From Rebecca billardiae RCC1528 (taxonomy: Eukaryota; Protista; Haptophyta), in the NCBI GenBank assembly GCA_965240325.2, contig OZ251237.1, positions 1,054,001 through 1,118,000 on the forward strand: a stretch of DNA of 64,000 nt, written 5' to 3'. Within the stretch, counting starts at the first letter, position 1; the number at the start of each line of letters is the position of its first letter. Of this stretch, positions 12,292 to 24,025 are shown piece after piece. A program made the translations under genes and the position numbers. The notes beneath the pieces are model-generated. The model saw only the letters and a list, made by a program, of their open reading frames with translations, had not been told where the DNA came from and made no database searches.

Positions 12292-12345
12292 ACTGTATCT
12301 CGCCTGCCTGAGCTGTGTGCGTCTCTTATTCTGAGTAAAACTGTA
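12292..12345. repeat. copy of dispersed ~45-bp repeat (degenerate copy also at 12245-12287)
   Basis: ACTGTATCTCGCCTGCCTGAGCTGTGTGCGTCTCTTATTCTGAGTAAAACTGTA. Confidence 0.9.
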
Positions 12346-12702
12346 GCTCCGGTCTTTCGCCGCTGACAAAACTTTCGAAAACGAAAGTCGCGCCGTGGCG
12401 GACCCGGTGTTCATCACCGCCCGGCGGCGAAAGGGGCGCGGGGCCGGTGGCTCGCGATCCGAAGGGCAGTAGCTCGCGACCTCGCTTGGGCGGCGGCAGC
12501 GGCGCTGTGGCCCGGCGTGTACCATCCGCGCGGCTGTGCGCGATCGCGCGGTCCCGTTCGTCGCCACGCCGCGCGCGACCGTTCACGCCACAGTCTCATC
12601 CGCACTGGCCGATGCACCCCTCGCGCGCCCGCCGCTGCCGACGGTGCACCGCTGGGCGCGCGACCGGATGACGATGACTTGACGATCACACGAGCATTGC
12701 GG

Positions 12703-13383
12703 CTAGCGCTTCTCCTTCAGGCTCAAGGCGATCGCCACAAGAATCGCGGCGACCGCATCCAGCACAACGAGCGCTTGAGGAGGGATACTTCCATGGGACG
12801 CGACCTCGAGCACAGCATCTGCCACAATCTCGAGAATAGCCCCGAGAAGAAGCGGGGCTATCCCAAGCATCCCTGGGGCCACCGGCGGCTGGCTGTAGAC
12901 GCTATAGTGAAAGGCTGCCTCGCCGTACTTCCCGCCGTAGAGCCAGTCGCCAAAGCCAGCGTGGGGGCAGACATCGCCATCGTCGTCCGGCTGCAGGGTG
13001 ACGCGAGTCCCATCCGCCATCCGCAGACTCACGTCACCAAAGGTCGGGGGAATGCACAACTGGACGCAGACCACGTTGCTCTGGTCGCTCTGTGCACCGT
13101 CTTGCTCGGACGACGAAGAGGCGCTCGCGGCTCCCGTTTGGTGAGTGATGTGGAACATGTGCGCATCACTTGGGCAGTCGAACGGAGCGGCGTCCGGCTC
13201 GGCTCCGTTCGCGGGAGGCTCCTTACCGAGGCCGTTCACCCAGGCAAGCTGAATCGTCGAGCTTCCACGGAGGTGCTCATTGAGAGTGAAGCAGAGCAGG
13301 CACCCGGCCACCGTGAGAAGCAGCAACCGGACGTACGGGCCGGCCGCCAGTCGATCGCTGAGCGTCGGCGTTGATGATGACAT
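12703..13383 (-). CDS. hypothetical membrane protein
   Basis: 226-aa ATG-initiated ORF with ordinary (not Arg/Ala shadow) composition, an N-terminal hydrophobic segment and two C-terminal hydrophobic segments; no family recognised. Confidence 0.55.
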   Translation of the reverse strand: MSSSTPTLSDRLAAGPYVRLLLLTVAGCLLCFTLNEHLRGSSTIQLAWVNGLGKEPPANGAEPDAAPFDCPSDAHMFHITHQTGAASASSSSEQDGAQSDQSNVVCVQLCIPPTFGDVSLRMADGTRVTLQPDDDGDVCPHAGFGDWLYGGKYGEAAFHYSVYSQPPVAPGMLGIAPLLLGAILEIVADAVLEVASHGSIPPQALVVLDAVAAILVAIALSLKEKR

Positions 13384-13545
13384 CTTGTGCCGATGGACGC
13401 ACTCGCCTCGCCCTCGGACGGAACACGAGCAGACACTTTCGGCCCGAGGGGTTGACGATGCGCTCCGAAGCGTGCGACGAACCGCGCGCGCATATTATTC
13501 ACGCGATTTCACGCGCGCGCATTCGCTCCGGTCACGATTATCCGT

Positions 13546-13685
13546 CGCCTGCCTGAGCAGTGTGTGCGTCTCTTTCTTAGTAAACTGTACAGTACCTTAC
13601 TGAGTTACTGGTACTGCTCACCGACTGTCTACTACTGTATCTCGCCTGCCTGAGCTGTGTGCGTCTCTTATTCTTAGTAAACTGT
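13546..13685. repeat. two copies of dispersed ~45-bp repeat
   Basis: CGCCTGCCTGAGC(AG)TGTGTGCGTCTCTT..CTTAGTAAACTGT at 13546-13589 and 13643-13685. Confidence 0.92.
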
Positions 13686-13780
13686 TGATGAATCAGCATG
13701 AATACACGCTGCGGAGCGGGCGCCGCTGCGGAACGGACAGCGTCTCCGAGCCCGCGCGCGCCGATGGCCGATGGCCATGC

Positions 13781-16700
13781 TTATAATTTGCTTGGCGCCG
13801 AGTCCGAGCGCGACGGCCTGGGCGACGTCTCCGCTGAGCGCGACGGCTGCTTCCCCCGGAACGTCGCCTCGCACAAGGCCTCGAGGTGCTTGGAGCCTTC
13901 CTTCTCGTGCGCACCGACCAGCTCGCTCAGCTGCAGCGCGGGGCGCGCGCGAGCGCGCGCGGGGTGTGTGTTTGTGTCAAAGGCGTGTGAGGGATGGGGC
14001 GCGGCTGGCGTGGCGCGGCGCGTCGCGCCGCGCGCGCGCGCACATGCTCCTTGGCCTTGGCCATCGCGGGCTTGCTGCGCGCGTCGGCGTCCTGCGCCCA
14101 CGAGTCGAGCGCGGGCGCGACGACGCGCACCGCCTCGGCCTGCCACGCGTAGTGCTCGTCGGCGAAGGCGCGCAGCTCATCCCACAGCTCGGGCATCTCG
14201 TCGGCAAGCACCGCGCCCTTCGCGCGCTGCAGCGCGATCGCCTCGTCCAGCCTCGACTTGAGCCGCGCGGCCGCCTCGCCCTCGCGCTGCACCCAGCCAG
14301 CGACCGCGCGCACGCGCGCGAGCAGCTGCGCGCGCGCCTGCGTGTGCGCGCCCATCTGCGCGAGCTCGCGCTCTTCCGGGCTGGGCTCGGGCGCGGCGCC
14401 CGGCGGCGCCTCGCCCGGCGCCGCCTCCGCCGCCAGCCGCGCGCGCCCGCGGCCCGGCACGCCGCCAAACGATCGGATGAGCGTCGCGATCACGGGCGCG
14501 GCCTCATCCTCGACGCGCGTCGCCTCATCCAGCGGTGTCTCGCCAAAGACGGACTCGGCGCTCGCCTCGACGGCGGGCGCGCGGAGCAGGAGCGAGACGG
14601 CGGGCTCGTTGCGGCACGCCGCCGCCACGTGCAGCGCCGTGCGCCGCAGCGAGTCCGTCGCGTTCACGCTGCAGCCGTACCTGAGCAGCCGGCTGAGGTG
14701 CTCCACGTCGTCGCGCGCGGCCGCAGCGCACAGCTGGCTCGCCGCGTCGAACGCCGAGCCGAGCGCCGCGCCGCGCGCGACGAGCGCGTCGGCGCAGCGG
14801 TCGTGGCGGAAGCGCACGGCGAGCGCGAGCGGCGTCGCGCCGCGCTCGTCCTCCGCGCTCGCGTCCGCGCCGCGCTCGAGCAGCTGCTCGAGCATGCCGT
14901 GCCGCCCGTGCGATGCGGCCACGTGCAGCGCGGTGCGGCCGTGCGGGTCGGCGGAGCCCACCGGGTTCTCGCGCTCGATGAGCAGCCGGAGCTCGGCGTC
15001 GTCGCCGTCCGAGACGGCCTTGCACAGGTGCTCGTACGGCGCGCACGTGCACAGGTGCGACACGTTCCGCCCCTGCCGCGCGCCGAGCTTCTTGAGCGCG
15101 GCCACCGCGTCCGAGTGTCCGAGGATGAGCGCGTCGGTCAGCGGCGTGCGCCCACGCGAGTCCTCAGCATTCACGTTGGCGCGCGCGGCGACGAGGAGGC
15201 GGACGAGCTTGACGTTGCCGCCGCACGCCGCGAGGTGGAGCGCCGTGCGCCCCAGCCCGTCCGTCGCGTTCACGTCGATGCTCGTACCGAGCACCAGCCG
15301 GCGCGCCTTTGCGTGCTCCCCCTTTGCGCACGCCCAGCAGAGGCGCGCGTGGTGTGCGCGCAGCCGCGTGCGCCGCGCCATGCTGAGCACCTGCGCGCGC
15401 GACGCACACCGGGGGGTGGCGCGGGCCGCGGCGGCGCGGCGGGGGCGCGTGCTCAGCCGCGCCGAGCGTTGTGTGCGCTCAGCCGGCTCGCGCGCCGCCG
15501 CGCACGGGCGCATGCGCATGGCACCTCGGCGCGCGCCGTGCGCAGGCGCGCGCGCAACGGGCCGCGCCGACGCGTGCGGGGCCACGCTCGAGGCGCGCGC
15601 GCGCGCGCACGTTGTGGACCGAGTACACGGCCTCGCTCTCGCCCAGATCGGAGCGGTGGCTGCGGTGGCTCGAGTGGCCCGCCTCCGACCCGACGGTGGA
15701 GGCGATGATGCCCGAGTGCGCGCCCGACGTGACGCTGCTCGCCCTCGAGCGGCCCGAGCGCGCGCTGCCTGGGGCTGCGCGCGCGCGGCGGCGCGGCGGA
15801 GGGCAGCGGAGCGGGGCGCACGCGAGCGTGGGCGGGGGCGGCGGGGTGCGTACGCGGCAGTGGCGCGCAACCGCGCGTTCGGGCGCGCGCGCGCTTGCGC
15901 ACCGTGGCCCTCGTCGAACGTGCGCATCGCGTTCTCCATGATGAAGTCCTCCATCGAGGGGAACGCCTTGAGGAGCTCGCGGTACGCACCCTGGCCGAGG
16001 CTGAAGACCGTGCAGCTGCCCGCGCGGCCGACGCGCGCGCTCTCGATGTGGCGGATTGCGAACGCGAAGGGCACGTCGCCGAGCGTCGCGCCGCGCGCCT
16101 TCACCTCGACCGGCATGTCCTCCGACTCGGCGAAGACGTCGATCGTGCCGGACGCGACGAGCAGCAGCTCGCTGCACACGTCGCCCGCGCGGTACACCCG
16201 CGCCTCCGCGTCGATCACGCGCTCCGCCAGCATGGCCGCCAGCCGGTCCAGGAAGCCGGTCGCGCAGTCTCGGAAGAGCGGCGCCGCGCCGACGAGCGGG
16301 CGGCTGGTGGTGGCGGCGACGTCCATCTGCAGCGCGATGGGCAGCTGCGAGTAGATGTTCTCCGAGGAGACGGCGGAGAGCGAGGCGGTCGCCTGGATGC
16401 GCTGCACAAAGTAGCCCACCAGCCGCGCCTTCGTCTCGGGCGCGACGCGCAGGTGCCGGATGTACGCGTGCACGAGCTCGAGGGCAGCGCGCTTCGCGAC
16501 GATGTCGTCGTCGTGCCGCATCACGATCCCCGAGACGCCGCCCACCGTCCACGCATACAGCACCAGCTGCGCGCCGAGCACGGCCAGGACGTAGAGCAGC
16601 TCGGGCACGGTGGCGGGCAGCTCGAACACGCCCATCGTGAGCCAGCGCATGAAGGAGCGCGTGTACCGCGCGAACACGTCGTCAGCCGCCGGCTCGTGCT

Positions 16701-19700
16701 CGTCGTGGAACCCGTCGACGCGCGCGAAATCCTCCTCGTACTTGTCGCCCATCGGATGCTCCCACTCGAGCAGCAGCTCGCGCGGGCGCGAGCGGCTCGT
16801 GACCATCTCCCACGCGCACGCGAGCACGTGCGTCGCGCAGAGCATCGGCACGAGCCGCATCCCGATGTTGGCGGGCACGTTGCGCTTGCCCACCGCGCGC
16901 TCGAGCCCGGCCCACGCCGCGCGCACGTACCGCAGGTTGACGAGCCGGAACGCGCGCACGCCCGTCGTGACGAGCGCGGACGCGCCGATCGCGCGCGCGA
17001 TCGAGTCCTGCGGCCACGCGCCGACGAGGTCGAGCACAAAGTCGCCCTTGAGGTAGTGCGCGCGCACGGCGGCCGGCGCGCGCACCTCGACCGACTCCGC
17101 GCTCACGAAGCTCACCACAAAGCGCAGGCACAGTCGGAGCAGGCACCACAGGCTGATCGCGAGGTTGAGCGCGTCGAGCCGCGCGCGGAGCTCGCGCACG
17201 GCCGGCGCGCGCCACAGCGCCTCCGGCTGTAGCACGACGAAGCCGAGCTCGAGGGGGAGCAGAAAGAAGTCAGCGACCGCCGCACACACGAAGAGGCCGT
17301 GCATGAGCCGCCACGGCGCGGAACGCACGCTCAGCACGTACCACGCGCCGCCGTCGGCCGCGCCCGCGAGCTCGACCGCGGCGCTGCCGCCGCGCGCCAG
17401 GGCTGGCTGCGCGCGCCGCCCGGCGCCCGCCTCTCCCGCGTGCGCCGCGCTCAGCCGCTCGAGCAGCTGCGCCCACGTACACGCCTCCTCTGCCCCGAGC
17501 GGCTCGTCGGGCGCCGCGGCCAACGGCGCAGCGTCCTCCTCCTGCTCGTCCTCTGCGCGGTGGTGACAAACGCCGAGCGCGTCCATCGCCCAGCGGCGGC
17601 AGTCGTCGGCGCCCACGCCGTGCGGCAGCGTGAGCACCTGCCTGGCGATGCTCACAAACGCGCGCCAGTCGACCGCGCTGTCGGCGCGGAGCCGCTCCGA
17701 GCCGAGCCGCTGCTCGATGGCGCGGGCAAGCGCGCTCGTCGCCCCAGGCGTGGAAAGGTCACGCGCGAGCGCCTCGCGCGGGCTCGTGGGCGCGTGCCGC
17801 CCGTGCTGATGCTCCTCGGCGGCGGCGGAGGCGTCGGGCCCGGCGCCGCCGCCCGCGCCGCCGCCCGCGCCGCCGCTCCCGCCGCCGCCGCCGCCCAGGC
17901 CCACCAGGCTGTTGAGCTGCTCGACCGCGCTGCGCCGCCTGTGCGCGTGCGCCGCGCCATGCTCCTCGTCGGCAGCGGCCGATGCCGCGCCCCCGCCGCC
18001 GCCGCCGCTGCGCCGCGCCTCGAGGCCGAGCTGCGGCACGCGCGGCGCGGCCGGCCCGCTCGAGCCGGCCGGCGCGCGCTCGGACGACGCCGAGTGTGAG
18101 CCGTCGTCCGCGTCGCCGCCCTCCGCCTCCTCCTGCTCGTCCTGCAGGATCCACGACGAGAGCGCAATGAAGAACTGGGGTGCGCCCAGCCGTGCGTCGC
18201 CGCGCGCGCGCCGCCGCGCGATCAGGCCTGCCATGCCCGCAGGCAGCGCGGCGCCGCTGCTGCGACGGCGGCCCGCGCGCGGCGCCGCGCCCTGGCCATC
18301 GCTCGCGCCGCGCAGCGCGTCGAGCGGGCCCGGCCGCAGCGGCGCGACGAGCGCCGCCGACGCGCCCTCGCGCTCAGCGCCGCCGTCCGCGGCCGGCGCG
18401 CGCCGGTCGCCGTCGTCGCCGACGGCCGGCGTCGCCGCCGAGAGCGTGTACGCCGCATCGACCATGAAGCTCACCAGCGGCGCGATCTCGCCCTGATCTC
18501 CCACGCGCTGCCGGCTGAGCCACTGCATGTCGCGCACGCGCACCGCGCCCGCGCGCCGCCGGTCGAAAAGCGTGAAGAGCTCGAGCAGGATGTGCGCAGC
18601 CATGCTTACACTCTCGAGCGTCTGCGCGCGCGCGCGCGCGCGCGCCGCCTCGCGCGAGCCGTCGTGCGCGCCGGCGGGCGAGAGCTGGCGCGCGCCCGGG
18701 CCGTGCGAGCGCTGGACGGCGGATGGGAGCCGAAGGCGGCGCCGGGCTTGCGTCGCCGGCGACGAGCCGTCCGGCTCGGCGGGCACCGCCGCCGCCGCTG
18801 CGCACGACTGCTCGGGCGCTGCGCCGCTCGGAGCGCGCGGCCGGCTGCCGCCGCCGCTACTCTCGCCTTCGCTCCCCCCACTGCGCCCGGCGGACGGCGC
18901 TTGGCCGCCGCCGTCCGCCGCGCCGCCGCCCTCCGCTCCCGCGCCGTGTAGCGCACCTGCCGCGGCGTGCTGGTGCCGCGCGGCAAGCTCCGACACGAAC
19001 GTGCGCGAGCAGAAGACGACCACATGGCCCAGCTCCGAGAGGTACACCGGCGCCTCCTCCTCCGCGTCCTCGTCCTCCTCCTGCTCCTCGGTCTTGGCCG
19101 TGGGCTTCTTCGCGCCCTCCTCCGACGCGCCGACGCCCGTCGCCGCCTCCGCCTCCGTCGGCCCCTCGTCCGCGGCGAGCACGCGCAGCTGCCGCTGCAG
19201 CGCGCTTACGCGCGCGCGCTGCGCGCGCAGCAGCCGGTCCTCGCCTCTGGCGCGCACGAGCTCGGCGACGGTGGCGCCGACGTCCGAGGCGGTGCGCAGC
19301 AGGCCGCTCGACACGACGCGCGCCGGGCCGCGCAGCTCGCGCTCGGCCGCCGCGGAAGCCTCGATGCGCGCGCGCGCGCCACCCTCCGCTTCGGGGTCCG
19401 TCGTCTGCCGCCGCGCCGGCGGCTCGCGAGCGCCGCCACCGCCGCCACCGCCCGCGCCGCCGCCCAGCATCTCGTGCAGCGTCTCGAAGATCTCGCGCAC
19501 GACGGTCTCGACCGTCGCGTCGTCCAGCTCGAGCTCGTCGGCGAGCAGCGTGCGCAGTGCCGTCGTCTCGAGCTCGTGCCGGCACTGCGCGGCCTCGAAG
19601 CGGCCCGGCGCGAGCGCGGCGCGGAAGAGCGCGCGCAGCCGCACGAGCCCGCTCTCCGCCTGCGGCAGCAGCAGCATCGCGCGGAGGAAGTGCTGGTGGA

Positions 19701-22700
19701 AGGCCGCGCCGTGCGGCGCGGCGCCCGGCCCGGCGTGCGCCGCGCCGGCGGCGCGGTGTGCGCCCGCCGCGCCCTCGCCGCCGCGAAGCAGCACCGCCTC
19801 GCCCTCCTCCTCCTCCTCCTCCTCCTCCGACGAGCCGTCGGAGCCGTGCGTGTCGTCCTCCTCGTCCACGCCGTACTCGCTCACCCACACGTCCGCCTGC
19901 CGGCGCAGCGTGCGGTAGATCGCGCCGTGCGAGCGGCCGAGCGCCTTGAGCTCGCGGAGCAGTGCGACGAGCGAGCCGCCGATCTCGATCTCGAGCGCCT
20001 TGAGGCTCTCCTGTTCGTCCAGCCGGCGCGTGATGCGCTCGCGGATCGCGTCGGTGAGGCCGAGGATGTCGCGCGCGTGCGCGGCGGCGAGCGCGCCGCC
20101 GAGCCGCGCGCCGTCGGCCTCGGCCCACGCCGGCGGCAGCGTGGCGCCGCCCACGTGCGTCAGGATGGCCGCCGTCGCCGTGTCGCCCGCCTCGAGCGCG
20201 TGCACGAGCGCCGTGCGCCCCCAGCGGTCGGCGCAGCGCACGCTCGCCATCGAGGCGACGAGCAGCTGCACAGCCGTCTGCGAGCTGCTCCGCACCGCGA
20301 GGTGCAGCGCGGTGAGCCCGGAATAGTCCGGCGCGTCGAGCTGCTTGCGCCCCACCTCAACGAGCAGCTTGAGCTCGTCCACGTCGCCGCGCGCCGCGGC
20401 GGCGCGCAGCCGCTCAGCCAGCTCGTCGGCCGAGGGCGTGGCGGACCACTTGAAGAGCAGCCGCGCGAGCATCGAGTGGCCTCGCGCGATCGCGTCGTCG
20501 AGCGGCGTGCGGCCGTACACATCGGTCGCGCCTGCGTCCGCCAGGCTGCTCAGCAGCCACGACGCGAGGCGCACGTCGCCCGAGGTCGCGGCCACGTGCA
20601 GCACCGTCCGCCCGTCGTAGTTGCGAACGTTCAGCTCGACGCCGTGCGAGATGAGCATGGCGAGCTGGTCGGTGTCGCCGTGCCACGCGGCCTCGAACAT
20701 GCGCGAGGCGGCGTGCTCGAAGACGAGCACGCCACCGTGCTGCGCGAGCACCTCCGCCACGCGCTGGTGCTTGCTGTTCACCGCCTCGCGCATCGGCGTC
20801 GTGCCAAAGCGGCTGAGCGCGCGAGCACGCGCGGGCGGGCGGGCGGGCGGCGCAGAGAGCGGGGCGAGGTTGAGTGAGGCGCGGGTGGGGCGGGAGCAAG
20901 CGCGCGCCGCGAGGAGGGCGGGCTCGAGAGAGGCCGGCGCCGCGTGGCAGCACACTGCCGAGGTGCTCGCGCGCGCGGTGGCGCACGCGCCGCACTCACT
21001 CCTTGATGTTGACGTCGGCGCCGAGCTCGCAGAGCGCCTCCACGATCAGCGTGCTGCCGAGCCGGCACGCGAGGTGCAGCGCCGTGCGCCCGTCGTACGA
21101 GCCGCCGTTCACGTCGAAGCCGCGCGCGACGATGGCTCGCACGCCGTCCGCGTCCGCGCTCTCGACCGCGTGCATGAAGCGCGCGTGCTGGTCCTCCTTG
21201 GTCTCGACGATCGCCGCGCGCACCGCCTCGCGCAGGGCGTCGAACTCGCGCCGCTCGTCCTCGTCCATCGTGGCGGCGACGTCGGCGATCCCGGCGGTGG
21301 GCGCGCAGTCCTCGCCGTTGCCGTCGAGGCCGAAGCGGCGCAGCACGGTGCCGAGCACCACGCGCGCCTGCTCGGGGAACGCCGTCAGCACCTCGTCGTA
21401 CGCCTTGGACGAGAGCGCCGCGAGCGTCGCCTCGGCGGTGGGCGAGGTGGCGACAGTGACCGGCTGCGGGAAGCCGACGAAGAAGGGCGCCTCGCCCACC
21501 ACCTGCCCGGGGCCGATGTCGGCGCGCACGTGGCCGACCACCGCGTCGCCCTTCTGCACGACCAGCGACCCCGAGAGGCACCAGAGCAGGTCGGTCGCGC
21601 CGTCGCCGCGCTTGAAGATCACCTGCCCGGGCATCGCGTGCCACTCGCGCAGGAAGAGGCACACGTAGTCAACAAACTGGCGCTCCGTGCCGTGGAACAC
21701 CCACGCGGCGGCGACGTGGCGCGAGTACTGCTCGACCGCCACCTCGGTGCGCAGCGAGAGCGGCATCTGCCCGAAGATCCGCGCCGCCACGCTCGACACC
21801 TTGCGGTGCTGGAACTCAAAGTGCGCGCGCAGCCGCGTGCTTAGCTCGAGCGGCAGGTTGCGCTCGGACGAGTACTGCTCGACGGCCTTCATCAGCTCCT
21901 GGAAGTGCACGGTGGACTCGTCCGTGCGCGCGATGTAGTGGAAGAGCGTGCCGAGCACGAACGCGTAGTACACGGTCGCCGAGAGCGCGACGATCACCGC
22001 GACGACCATCTCGGCGTGCCGGTCGACGATGAGCTGCCCGTACCCCGTACGCGAGAGCCCGGCCCACGAGAGGTAGAGCGCCACGAGGTACGTACTCCAG
22101 CCGTGGACGAGGTTGTCCACGTCGAAGTGCTCGTGGTCGCCGATGACCTCCGCGGCGTACCACCACGCGCACGCGAGGTAGTGCGGCACCGAGAGCACGA
22201 CCAGCAAGAACTTGAAGAGCGCCACGAACCGGATGTCCGAGTTCATGTCGTCCGAGAGGTAGCGCACGAGCGCCATCAGCTGGAAGATGCGCGGCAGCCG
22301 CAGCAGCTGCACGACCTTGAAGGGCACGATCGCGTGCGTTGGCGTTGCGATGTAGACGAATCGCGTGCCGTGCAGCGCCATGATGGCGGCGAGGTCGAGG
22401 CTGCACCGGGCGGCGAGCTGCCTGCGCCGCTGCCGCGCGCGCCAGTCGGTCAGCGCGGGCGTGCCGTCGGCCTCGCCCTCTGCGCCGCCGCCGCCGCCCT
22501 CGCCCTTGGACGCTTCGCCCTGCCCCCAGAGCAGCGACCACATCTCGCCCATCCGGAACGCGTCCACGAAGACGTCGAGCACGACGGCGAGCCGCTGGTC
22601 CAGCACGGCGAGCGGCATGACGACGCGCATGGGGATCGCCAAGACCTCGTACGTCATGCCGGGGATCGCGAACGCGATGTAAAGCTTGTGCAGCAAGGCA

Positions 22701-23032
22701 GCGCGGCGCTGCTCGCGCTGCGCCTCAGCCTCGCGCTGGGCGTCGTCCTTGGCGGCAGAGTCGTCCATGTAGGCCACAATCGTCGGCCATTTCACGTGCC
22801 GTCGGCCCGCACCGGGCCGCGGCTCGACGCGGTGGCGGAGAATGGGCTTCAGCTTGCCGCGCGCGTCGGCATGCCGGCCCGCGAGGGTGCGCGAGACGAC
22901 GCGCCGCGCAGCGTGGAGCGTGCGGCGTGCGGACCCACCGCTCGCCTTCACCTCGACCGCACCATCGGTCTCGTCACCATCGCCGCCGCCGGCCGACGTC
23001 GAGATTTCGTGCACGTTAGGGTGGCGTGGCAT
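13781..23032 (-). CDS. giant two-module CNBD/ankyrin-repeat cation (K+-like) channel, ~2865 aa
   Basis: Exons 23032-21000, 20812-15903, 15768-15611, 15390-14044, 13930-13781 total 8598 nt and stay in frame through GT-AG introns. Module 1: S4 LLRLPRI, pore SRTGYGQ, C-linker/CNBD (PGQVIFKRGD..VVGEAPF), ankyrins (YDGRTALHLAC). Module 2: S4-like RAFRLVNLR, CNBD (VYRAGD..LGDVPF), ankyrins (GRTALHVAA). Confidence 0.88.
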
Positions 23033-23390
23033 GAGGACGTGCGAGTTGAGAGTTTTGTGTTGCGTGCCACCGAGCCGCCGCGCGGCAAGCTGGTCGTTTC
23101 GCGCTCATCTCGATCGGCCTGCTGATTCGTCGGCTCGGGGTGGGGGACCTCGTTCAATGATACCATTGGTTGACTGATGAAAAGTGGTTAAATTCTCAGA
23201 GTTAACAACGGAAATCACACAAGCACTATTCGCGCCGTTCAGAACTTTCAGCTTGGCGGAGAATATTATTAATAGAGATCATCCGGTCCCGTCAAACCTT
23301 GACCATTCAAGGACCAATAACAATGCGGCAGACGCTCGTCAGTCGTCAGAAATGGTTCGTCGGTCGTCGGCGGCGTGCGTCCCGCCCCTG

Positions 23391-23444
23391 GAGGATTCAC
23401 GAAACCAGCATCGGAACCTTCCGATGCTGGTTTCGTGAATCCTC
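23391..23444. repeat. perfect inverted repeat (26-bp arms, 2-nt loop)
   Basis: GAGGATTCACGAAACCAGCATCGGAA-CC-TTCCGATGCTGGTTTCGTGAATCCTC. Confidence 0.95.
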
Positions 23445-24025
23445 TCGGTCGGATGACTGCTACTAAAATTCGAAACCATCCGCCAAAAGGCGCGCCCGGC
23501 CGCTCCACCGCGGTCGTCGACGTGCACGCGGCTATGGCGCACGCGGTCGCACAGAGGCGCAGCGCCCTTCTGCGCCGCCGTGCGCCGCGCGTGAGTCAGC
23601 GCTTCACACAAGCCAGTCGGGTAGTTACTGTCGAGTCCCCGCACTGAACGGTATGCGCGCGCCGGACTGCCGGTCAGCCGGAGCCGGTCCGACGGACACG
23701 GCGGCCGGCGCCGGCTCCGTCACGGTGGTATTTTGTAAGCCCCTTGACGGCCTTGGCCCAACCGTGTCAGCAGACGGCGCGCTCAGGACTCCAATAATCG
23801 CTGACAGAGAGGCTCCGAGTCCCGCCGTCACCGAGGCCGAGCTGCAGCTTGCACGGCTGCACGGGCCGGGCTCGGCGATCGGCGATCCGAGACCGAGAGT
23901 CCGAGACGTTTGTTTATGGCGCCACAGTGTGACAGTCGTGAGTACAGTAGTGAGTGTAGTGACGCGTCGCTGGCGGGCTGGCACCCATGACCCAATAATG
24001 GGGCCTAGCTAGACTAGTATTAAGA

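Noticed and set aside
12301-12345. 45-bp repeat as Nextera/Tn5 adapter contamination (TAAGAGAC)
   Set aside because: Only ~9 nt match the mosaic end, and the copies have diverged from one another, indicating a genuine genomic repeat.
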